A stretch of DNA of 41,304 nt from a virus (lineage: Duplodnaviria > Caudoviricetes), in the IMG/VR virus record IMGVR_UViG_3300044518_000009, positions 1-41,304 of that record. One strand, given 5' to 3'. This document shows, in pieces, positions 1 through 6,621 of this stretch. The position numbers were made by a program, and so were the translations under genes. Under the pieces are notes generated by a model. That model saw nothing but the letters and a program-made list of their open reading frames with translations. It was not told the DNA's origin and did not search any database. How positions within the stretch are numbered: the stretch's first letter is position 1; each line of letters begins with the position of its first letter.

Positions 1-148
1 ACCTGGGCGGGGTGTCGCTCAAGCTTTCCCCGTACTGGCAGTACAAGTGGTGGGTGGTGCTGACGGAGCTGTGGCTGGATCGACCGGCGCCGGAAAAGGC
101 GTAGAGAAGCCCTGAGCGCCCCGTAGGCGCCCGTTCAACCCCCGGTCG
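1..148. repeat. Terminal direct repeat (circular assembly overlap), copy 1
   Basis: 1-148 matches 41157-41304 except G127 vs A41283; it cuts through the 40904..41260 ORF. Confidence 0.95.
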
Positions 149-192
149 GCCAAACTGGTCGGCCGGGGCCCGTAGAGGGAAGGAGAGATACT

Positions 193-798
193 GTGGCGAC
201 CGCTTCCGAAGATGACCCTTTCGTGCTGTACCGGCTCCTACATAAGGGGGCATTATGTTCCGCGAGCCTCCACCGGCAGGGGTGCCGACGGGCGCCGACC
301 CCCGAGCGCTCATGGACCGATGGAAAGGTCTGGAAAGCAACCGAAATCCCCCAGGCAGTTGCGGCGGCAGCTGCGCGGGAAATCGAGGAAGAGACTGGTA
401 TTAAGGTCAGTGCTCGGTGTTCTGTCTGCGGGAGCCTTGAGCGCGTCGGCCCCCAGGTAGCTCTAACCCCGGAATTCCGCAAGCCAAAGACAAGAACCAC
501 TGATCGACTGCGGAGTGGTGACGTCGTGATTTACGACGGACTGCATCTACTTTTAACGGGAAATCCCGAGGTCACCACCCCCAACCCCAACGACCGTCGC
601 CACGTTGTCTACCACTGGGAATGTCAGGCAATCAATCTGACGGACGTACACGCGGAGGGACGCAGGCCGCTGTACTATCTCGACGCAACCCACTATCTCC
701 ACTCTCACGTGTTCAAGGACGGGCGTTGGGGGGCTGGTCCGGAGGATGAGTGGAGTATGCATGCCACCCCCTCCTATCGCTGGACTGTCGCAACATGA
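193..798 (+). CDS. Hypothetical phage protein (contains one TTA codon)
   Basis: 201-aa ORF, GTG start after AAGGAGAG RBS; CxxC motif (CSVC). Confidence 0.7.
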   Translation: MATASEDDPFVLYRLLHKGALCSASLHRQGCRRAPTPERSWTDGKVWKATEIPQAVAAAAAREIEEETGIKVSARCSVCGSLERVGPQVALTPEFRKPKTRTTDRLRSGDVVIYDGLHLLLTGNPEVTTPNPNDRRHVVYHWECQAINLTDVHAEGRRPLYYLDATHYLHSHVFKDGRWGAGPEDEWSMHATPSYRWTVAT

Positions 799-866
799 CG
801 GCTACTTCATCTATTCCCGGTCGGCCAACCGGTCGGCCGGGGTCCTAAGAGGACAGGAGAGAGGCT

Positions 867-1697
867 ATGGAGAGTCCCGAGCGCACCGCGTGGACCATCG
901 CGTGGGAAGCCGCCGGACGCTTCGACAACTTCGAAGAGTTCATGGAATGGGCCAAGAACCAGCAGGAAGTTCAAATCTTCTACCGGCACCCTGCCGGGCA
1001 GAAGGCCGTCACGGTCGAACCGATCGCAGACGCCGTGGCGGAGTACAAGCCGTCGGTGTACGTCACCACCAACGGCGACGAGTACACCCACATCTCCGAA
1101 AACGGCGGCTCGCGTACGCTGTGCGGGACGTACGCCGAAGGAATCGCCGACCGGGTCAGCGAAGAAGCCGTGTTCTGCCCGGACTGCGTTGTGCCCGAGT
1201 GCCCATGGATCATCCGGCCCGCAACGCTCGAAACGCCGGATGAGTACTGCGGGTTGCCCATTGAGTGCGTGGGTGACGACTACTGCCCGGACCACCAGCA
1301 CAAGGCAGACGAGATGGCCGATAGGGAGGAGGGGGCCGACGGTATCGCGTCAGACGAGCAGTGGGCCGAAGCCCTGGCACTGCTGGACACCAGCCGTTGC
1401 CCCTACCCGCTGTCCAAGCGGATGGTGGCCGCGCTGGCGAGCCGTGACCCGGAGACCATCCGTGAGGCGGCCCAATGGGACCTCTCGGACGACGACGGCG
1501 AAGCCCCGACGCTCAAGGCGGCTGACTGGCTGCTGGGCGAGCTGACGCGGATGTGGGAAGGTCGCACCCACATGTCATACTCCGAGCACTGCCACCACAT
1601 CATCGGCTTGGACCCGGAGGACACCAAGAACCACGTCATGCCGTGCGCTGTCTGCGGAAGTGGCGCGCACACAGCCTGCCAGCACGTACCCTACTGA
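867..1697 (+). CDS. Hypothetical acidic Cys/His-rich protein
   Basis: 276-aa ORF with GGAGAGAGG RBS; CPDC and CAVC motifs. Confidence 0.8.
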   Translation: MESPERTAWTIAWEAAGRFDNFEEFMEWAKNQQEVQIFYRHPAGQKAVTVEPIADAVAEYKPSVYVTTNGDEYTHISENGGSRTLCGTYAEGIADRVSEEAVFCPDCVVPECPWIIRPATLETPDEYCGLPIECVGDDYCPDHQHKADEMADREEGADGIASDEQWAEALALLDTSRCPYPLSKRMVAALASRDPETIREAAQWDLSDDDGEAPTLKAADWLLGELTRMWEGRTHMSYSEHCHHIIGLDPEDTKNHVMPCAVCGSGAHTACQHVPY

Positions 1698-1720
1698 GCG
1701 CCCCTCTAGCGCCCTTTCAA

Positions 1721-1755
1721 CCCCTGTCTGGCCACCGGCCCGGCGGGGGCTTTTT
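1721..1755 (+). terminator. Intrinsic terminator-like hairpin
   Basis: CCCCTGTCTGGCC-ACC-GGCCCGGCGGGGG followed by CTTTTT after the 867..1697 stop. Confidence 0.6.
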
Positions 1756-1792
1756 CGTGCCCGTAGAGGGCCGTACAGCGCTCCCAGCGGAC

Positions 1793-1889
1793 GGGATGAT
1801 GAGTGACGACCAAGACGCGAATCCTGGTACAGCCCTTATGTATAGGTAGTAAGTACCTAGAAACAGTCTCAGTTCATCACTCATCACCC
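1793..1889. other. AT-cored inverted-repeat element A (candidate origin/priming site)
   Basis: GATGAGTGACGA...TCATCACTCATCAC arms around TTATGTATAGG; homologous to the reverse complement of 18321-18414. Confidence 0.5.
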
Positions 1890-1910
1890 GGCTTCGCCTG
1901 CTGTCGGTGC

Positions 1911-1938
1911 AAATCTCCTGCTCTCTGGACAGGTAGAG
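1911..1938 (+). promoter_or_regulatory. Phage-specific promoter-like motif copy 1
   Basis: AAATCTCCTGCTCTC-N9-AGAG upstream of the exonuclease gene. Confidence 0.55.
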
Positions 1939-1964
1939 ACTCATCTACCCAGAGAGGGCCGACC

Positions 1965-2804
1965 ATGGCCGCTGTACGCACTATCCAGCGCGGAGGATCC
2001 CGTTTCTATCTCGACCCGGACCGGCCGGAGATCAAGCTTCCCGGGGTGACCAGCGTCATTGGGATGCTGCCGAAGCCGTTCCTTCAGCACTGGGCCGCGA
2101 AGATGACCGCCGAACTCGCCGTCGACGCGCTGCCGTTCGTCGCGCAGATGGCCGAGCGCGATAGGTCCGGCGCCGTCGACTACCTTAAGGGTGCCGCCCG
2201 CCGGTACACCGCCATTCGCGCCGACATCGGCAGCAAGGCACACGATCTGTTTGAACGTATGATCAGGGGCGACGCCGTCGGCCATGTTCACCCCGACGTG
2301 GAGCCGTACCGCCAGCAGTTCGCCGACTTCCTCGCCGCCGTGAACCCCGAGCTGGTCGACGCCGAAAACGTCGCGTGGAGCGACAAGCACGGGTACGCCG
2401 GATCCTTTGATGCGATTCTGCGCGTGTGGCTCGACGATGAGAACAAGCCGACCCCGGATCGCTCCGGAACCCCGGCGCTGATGATCGTGGACTGGAAGAC
2501 GTCCCGCGACACCTACCCGGAAGTTGCGTTGCAGATGGCTGCGTACGCCTACGCGGATCGGATCATCGCGCCGGACGGCAGCACGCGCCCCATGCCGGAC
2601 TTCGATGGTGCGGCGGTACTCCACATCACGCCGGAGGGTTGGGCGTTCAAGCCCGTCCGCATCGACCCGGACGTCTTTGAGTTCTTTGTGACGCTGCGGC
2701 GCATCTTCGACTGGGACCGAGATGTGTCCAAGACCGTGATCGGGCGCGCGATTGCGAAGTCCAGCGGCAAGCTCGTGACCGGCACCCAGCGACGCGGCAA
2801 GTAA
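1965..2804 (+). CDS. PD-(D/E)xK (Cas4/RecB-like) exonuclease
   Basis: PGVTSVIG, G..AH, YAGSFD, IVDWKTS, LQMAAY motifs; ATG 1965 after AGAGAGGG. Confidence 0.85.
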   Translation: MAAVRTIQRGGSRFYLDPDRPEIKLPGVTSVIGMLPKPFLQHWAAKMTAELAVDALPFVAQMAERDRSGAVDYLKGAARRYTAIRADIGSKAHDLFERMIRGDAVGHVHPDVEPYRQQFADFLAAVNPELVDAENVAWSDKHGYAGSFDAILRVWLDDENKPTPDRSGTPALMIVDWKTSRDTYPEVALQMAAYAYADRIIAPDGSTRPMPDFDGAAVLHITPEGWAFKPVRIDPDVFEFFVTLRRIFDWDRDVSKTVIGRAIAKSSGKLVTGTQRRGK

Positions 2805-2808
2805 CTAC

Positions 2809-2830
2809 CTTCACCCAAATTTGGGTGAAG
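2809..2830. repeat. 22-bp palindrome CTTCACCCAAATTTGGGTGAAG copy 1
   Basis: Exact match, 4 bp after the exonuclease stop, upstream of the endolysin. Confidence 0.97.
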
Positions 2831-2859
2831 GTGCACATCACACCTTGGGAGTACTGCAT

Positions 2860-3696
2860 ATGGGTATCTATGGTCAGGACTGGTCTAGCTATCAGGATTC
2901 CGCCCCCGACACCAGCGGCCTCAGCTTCGCGTTCATCAAGGTGACTGAGGGGCTGTCGTATACCAACCCCGAGTGGACCAGCCAGCGGGACACCGCGCGT
3001 GGTGCCGGTCTCGTGGTCGGCTACTACCACTATCCGCACATGGTCAACGACCCGCAGGCGGAGGCGGATCACTTCCTGTCGGTGGCTCAGCCTCAGCCCG
3101 GCGAGGTGATCGTTCTCGACTGGGAGGGTTACGACAGCGCCAACTCTGGTGTGTCGCATGCCGATCAGCTCGCCTACAAGGAAGCGTTCCTGCGCTACGT
3201 CAAGGGCAAGATGCCGAACAACCCGGTCGGCATGTACTGCAACGTCGACTACTGGCGGAACGTCGACACCACCGGCTATTTCGCCGACTTCCTGTGGATT
3301 GCTACCGCTGGGCGCTCCGCTGGCGACCCCGGCATTTCGGCGAACTGGCTGTTCCACCAGTACAGCGACAGCCCGGTTGATTCCGACTACTGCAACCTCG
3401 ACAGCACGGATGCACTGCGAAACTGGGTGCAGTCGTTCGCGGCGCCGTCCGACGCTGGTCCGGCGTGGCCCGGTGAGTACCTGAGCGTACGGACCCCGAT
3501 GCTCCACGACGACACCACGCGAACGTGGCAGCAGCGAATGCACGATCGGGGCTGGAACATTGCCGTCGACGGTTGGTACGGCAGCGCAAGTGCCGCTGTC
3601 TGCAAGGCATTTCAGACTGAGAAGAGTCTGACGGCGGATGGTGTGGTCGGCCCGGCTACGTGGTCGGCGGCGTTCCGTGCGGACAACGTGACCTGA
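2860..3696 (+). CDS. Endolysin: GH25 muramidase plus C-terminal peptidoglycan-binding domain
   Basis: GQDWSSYQ, FAFIKVTEG, GYYHY, LDWE, WLFHQYS; C-terminal VDGWYG..FQ..L.ADGVVGPATW; ATG 2860 after GGGAG. Confidence 0.9.
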   Translation: MGIYGQDWSSYQDSAPDTSGLSFAFIKVTEGLSYTNPEWTSQRDTARGAGLVVGYYHYPHMVNDPQAEADHFLSVAQPQPGEVIVLDWEGYDSANSGVSHADQLAYKEAFLRYVKGKMPNNPVGMYCNVDYWRNVDTTGYFADFLWIATAGRSAGDPGISANWLFHQYSDSPVDSDYCNLDSTDALRNWVQSFAAPSDAGPAWPGEYLSVRTPMLHDDTTRTWQQRMHDRGWNIAVDGWYGSASAAVCKAFQTEKSLTADGVVGPATWSAAFRADNVT

Positions 3697-3703
3697 AAAG
3701 CTC

Positions 3704-3732
3704 AAATTCCTTGCTCTCCAGGATAGTTAGAG
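3704..3732 (+). promoter_or_regulatory. Phage-specific promoter-like motif copy 2
   Basis: AAATTCCTTGCTCTC-N10-AGAG. Confidence 0.6.
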
Positions 3733-3757
3733 AAACCCCGACTTTCCTGGAGAGAAC

Positions 3758-4147
3758 ATGCACGAGCGAGTCAAGCTGTCCGAGGCGCAGATTATGGACA
3801 CCCTGCGGGAGGTGGTGGCGGAGCAGCCGGACTACGTGTACGCGGCGCCGCAGCACATGGCGCGTCCGAACGTTGAGTCGTGCTTTTACGTCCACGCGGA
3901 CGCTGACAGTACGAACATCCGGCCCGGCTGTCTGGTGGGGGCGGTACTGTACCGGCTTGGCGTTCCGCTGGAGCGACTTGCGGCGCACGAGGGTACCGGC
4001 GCATCCTGCGTGACGTCGGTGCTGGTGAACACCGACGATCGCGCGGTGGCGGTGCTCGATTTGGCGCAGGGTGCACAGGACAAGGGCTCGACGTGGTCTG
4101 AAGCGCTTGCGCACGCAGAGCGAGTCTTGCCGACGCTGTACATCTAA
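3758..4147 (+). CDS. Hypothetical phage protein
   Basis: 129-aa ORF with GGAGAG RBS; PDYVY, PGCLVG, QD.G.TW motifs recalled from actinophage hypotheticals. Confidence 0.8.
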   Translation: MHERVKLSEAQIMDTLREVVAEQPDYVYAAPQHMARPNVESCFYVHADADSTNIRPGCLVGAVLYRLGVPLERLAAHEGTGASCVTSVLVNTDDRAVAVLDLAQGAQDKGSTWSEALAHAERVLPTLYI

Positions 4148-4154
4148 GAGAACG

Positions 4155-4185
4155 CCCCCGGTGACTTCGGTTGCCGGGGGTTTCT
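4155..4185 (+). terminator. Intrinsic terminator
   Basis: CCCCCGGTGAC-TTCG-GTTGCCGGGGG followed by TTTCT. Confidence 0.75.
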
Positions 4186-4197
4186 GCGTTTCCGGGC

Positions 4198-4226
4198 AAA
4201 TTCCCTGCTCTCTACATAAGGCAGAG
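4198..4226 (+). promoter_or_regulatory. Phage-specific promoter-like motif copy 3
   Basis: AAATTCCCTGCTCTC-N10-AGAG right after a terminator, upstream of the gp3-like gene. Confidence 0.6.
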
Positions 4227-4253
4227 AAGGAACGAGCCTGAGGAGGCAGCGAG

Positions 4254-4928
4254 TTGGCACTACGAATTTTCGAGACCGACCCCGAGAGCAAGCCGAAGCC
4301 CAGGTTTACCGACGACGCCGTTGGCCGCTTCTACTCAGGCCGGTCTGTCAACAACCTGCCTGAGTCGCTTGAGAACTGGCGCGTGATGACCGGCGACATG
4401 GCGGTCGCCAACGACGTTGCTCACCGGCTCGGCGGCACACCGGAGGAGACCGACAGCGCCAGCGAACACTTCATCGAGGTGCTGACCGAGGCGCCAAAGG
4501 TTCTGGTCGTGGTCGACGCCGAGTCCGGCTATTACTCGGATATGAAGCTCTGGAACCGCAGCAAGCTTGTCCATCATTGTGACGGCGTGGAGTTCCTGTC
4601 GCCCGATGATAAGGCCGGTAAGCCCTGCGGTTGCCCCTCGCTGTTCGCCGAGCGCAAGCAAGCGGCGCGAGACTTCATGGGGCCGTCGCCGAGCATCACC
4701 ATCCGGTTCCGACTTGCTGACGACTATGAGCTCGGCGAGTTCAAGTTTCAGACCGGTTCGTGGTCGCTGGCGGAGGTTGAAGGCGAAGTCCTCGACAACC
4801 TGTCCCGCATCGGTGGCGAAGTGCTCTGTGAGCTGTCGCTTGAGCTAGTCGAGTACAACACAAAGAAGGGCCGGGCCGTCAGCTACCGCAAGCCCGTGCT
4901 AAAGGCGCTCAAGTCCTACACCCGCTGA
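4254..4928 (+). CDS. phiC31 gp3-like recombination directionality factor
   Basis: DDAVGRF.SG, WR..TG, GGTP, DMKLW..KL.HHCDG, PCGCP.LF.ERK, F.LADD.ELG.FKFQTGSW, LELVEY match my recollection of phiC31/phiBT1 gp3; TTG start after GGAGG. Confidence 0.85.
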   Translation: MALRIFETDPESKPKPRFTDDAVGRFYSGRSVNNLPESLENWRVMTGDMAVANDVAHRLGGTPEETDSASEHFIEVLTEAPKVLVVVDAESGYYSDMKLWNRSKLVHHCDGVEFLSPDDKAGKPCGCPSLFAERKQAARDFMGPSPSITIRFRLADDYELGEFKFQTGSWSLAEVEGEVLDNLSRIGGEVLCELSLELVEYNTKKGRAVSYRKPVLKALKSYTR

Positions 4929-4944
4929 ATCCAGGAGAGAACAC

Positions 4945-5175
4945 ATGGCCTTCTACCTCGTGACCCGCACCGACGACCTCGATTACAACCAGTACGACGG
5001 CATGATCGTCCGCGCCAGCGGCCGCAAGCAGGCACTTGCGCTCGTCACCCGGGGCCCCGGTGATATTCCCTTCGCTGGCTTCGCTAAGGACGGCTCGAAC
5101 GCCCGGGTGGAGAAGCTGGAAGACGGCAGGGAGCACAAGAACGCTGTTCTGCTGGCTAGCTTCATCGGGTCGTGA
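4945..5175 (+). CDS. Hypothetical protein
   Basis: 76-aa ORF with AGGAGA RBS. Confidence 0.8.
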   Translation: MAFYLVTRTDDLDYNQYDGMIVRASGRKQALALVTRGPGDIPFAGFAKDGSNARVEKLEDGREHKNAVLLASFIGS

Positions 5176-5315
5176 CGGCCGAAGCGCTGCGCGAGCTGAC
5201 AGACGATCAGATCTGGGGTCCGCTGTGGTGGTGGTCACCGGATCTGCGTCTCGCGGTAATTCACGAACGGCGCCGCCGATTCGGGTGGGACGACGGAGAG
5301 AGAGAAAATGGCTAA
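5172..5315 (+). CDS. Small hypothetical protein (47 aa, below the ORF track cutoff)
   Basis: GTGA overlap with the previous stop; MTAEALRELTDDQIWGPLWWWSPDLRLAVIHERRRRFGWDDGERENG fills the gap. Confidence 0.6.
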   Translation: MTAEALRELTDDQIWGPLWWWSPDLRLAVIHERRRRFGWDDGERENG

Positions 5316-5628
5316 GGCAGCGAAGAACACCAAGACGGTAATCACGGAGACGGTGACGCTGGAGCTTTCCGCGCATGAGGCAGAGGCTCTGGCGGCAGTA
5401 CTTCGCCGAGTGGCCGGAAGTCCGGATAGCAGCCCCCGAAAGCTCACCAGCGGGGTTCTCAACGCGCTCCGCATCGCTGGAGTTCGGGACATACAGTACA
5501 GCACCGGGTTCCGACTGGGGATTTCAGATCTTCGACACTCGGCGGATTTGATCACTGTCGATTCCGCTGTCACCTTCAGCGAGTATCCGGGGACGTGGAG
5601 CAAGGCGGAGCGCGGAGAGGGCAACTGA
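5308..5628 (+). CDS. Hypothetical protein
   Basis: 106-aa ORF after GGAGAGAGAG RBS. Confidence 0.8.
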   Translation: MAKAAKNTKTVITETVTLELSAHEAEALAAVLRRVAGSPDSSPRKLTSGVLNALRIAGVRDIQYSTGFRLGISDLRHSADLITVDSAVTFSEYPGTWSKAERGEGN

Positions 5629-5629
5629 C

Positions 5630-5905
5630 GTGGCAAAGCGCGGAGTTGTCACCGACTATGCCGGTGAGGAACTATACGCCGGTGACCTTGTGGCCTACGC
5701 CGCACGACAGGGCAACCGGGTCCGCATGAGCGACGCACTCGTGCTGAAGGTCACGGCGGTGCTGGAGGGTGGCAGGCTTCGCCCGATGCTCCACGTGCAG
5801 CCGACTGGCACGGAATCGGGCTTCACCCGGCGCAAGACGATGCGGAGCGAGTGGATTGCCGCCGAGCATGTCCGGCTGATCGAGTCGCAGGTTGTAGGGC
5901 AGTAA
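5630..5905 (+). CDS. Hypothetical phage protein
   Basis: 91-aa ORF with GTG start, tightly packed with neighbours. Confidence 0.8.
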   Translation: MAKRGVVTDYAGEELYAGDLVAYAARQGNRVRMSDALVLKVTAVLEGGRLRPMLHVQPTGTESGFTRRKTMRSEWIAAEHVRLIESQVVGQ

Positions 5906-5910
5906 GTCGT

Positions 5911-5951
5911 AGGGCCGGACCGTACCCGCTGTGGTGCAGTCCGGCCCTTTT
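5911..5951 (+). terminator. Intrinsic terminator
   Basis: AGGGCCGGAC...GTCCGGCCCT followed by TTT. Confidence 0.7.
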
Positions 5952-5961
5952 GGCTACCCAC

Positions 5962-5983
5962 CTTCACCCAAATTTGGGTGAAG
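5962..5983. repeat. 22-bp palindrome copy 2
   Basis: Exact match, intergenic, after a terminator. Confidence 0.97.
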
Positions 5984-5997
5984 CTAGAAGGGGTTAC

Positions 5998-6078
5998 GTG
6001 TACATCTGGTTTTTCAACGCGCTGGTGGTGGGCTACCTCATTGGCCTACTGGTCGGAAGGGGGATGCGACGTGGCTAG
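5998..6078 (+). CDS. Putative small membrane peptide (26 aa)
   Basis: GTG start after AAGGGG; hydrophobic MYIWFFNALVVGYLIGLLVGRGMRRG. Confidence 0.45.
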   Translation: MYIWFFNALVVGYLIGLLVGRGMRRG

Positions 6079-6484
6079 GTGCGAGCTATGCGGGGCCGAC
6101 AAGCCACCGGAAAGCTTCCTCGCTGGCAAGGCACGCAAGCCTAGCCGTGCATGCGCAAGCTGCCGGAACAAACGGCGGGCACGACACATCAAGAACTACT
6201 ACCGGGCGCTGCCGCCGGACAAGCGCCACACGCTGACACACAAGCGGCGGGCGGAAGCCTACGGCGTGGAACACGAGGAATACAGTCGGACCGACATTCT
6301 CCGGCGCTGGAACTACCGGTGTGCATACTGCGGGGATCGCGCGACGCACCTTGACCATGTCGTTCCGCTGTCGCGTGGCGGGGCCGACGTTGAGTCAAAC
6401 ATCGTGCCTGCGTGCGCGAAGTGCAATCTGTCGAAGGGTGCGAAGACTCTTGACGAATGGGGGTGCGGTGAAGCATCCGCATGA
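6071..6484 (+). CDS. HNH endonuclease with N-terminal Zn-finger-like region
   Basis: CAYCG..HLDHVVPLSRGGAD..SNIVPACAKCNLSKG; N-terminal CELC and CASC. Confidence 0.9.
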   Translation: MARCELCGADKPPESFLAGKARKPSRACASCRNKRRARHIKNYYRALPPDKRHTLTHKRRAEAYGVEHEEYSRTDILRRWNYRCAYCGDRATHLDHVVPLSRGGADVESNIVPACAKCNLSKGAKTLDEWGCGEASA

Positions 6485-6572
6485 CGACGATGAGCTGTTC
6501 ATGGTCGTGCTCTTCGGGATGATGCTGCTGATGTTCCTCACCCTCTGCGTAGCGGAGAGCGCGCAGCCCTAA
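6468..6572 (+). CDS. Putative small membrane peptide (34 aa)
   Basis: GTG start; hydrophobic LFMVVLFGMMLLMFLTLCVA. Confidence 0.45.
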   Translation: MKHPHDDDELFMVVLFGMMLLMFLTLCVAESAQP

Positions 6573-6579
6573 GTTTCAC

Positions 6580-6609
6580 AAATTCCTTGCTCTCAAGGGT
6601 TACCGAGAG
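6580..6609 (+). promoter_or_regulatory. Phage-specific promoter-like motif copy 4
   Basis: AAATTCCTTGCTCTC-N10-GAGAG upstream of the primase-helicase. Confidence 0.6.
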
Positions 6610-6621
6610 GGAGGAAAAACC

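Noticed and set aside
193-420. Nudix-like AAAREIEEETG motif in ORF 193..798
   Set aside because: Only the helix part of the Nudix box is present, without the upstream GX5EX7 pattern; too weak to assign.
5196-5210. CTGAC-AGACG-ATCAG as another operator copy
   Set aside because: Falls inside the probable 5172..5315 coding sequence, so it may be chance.
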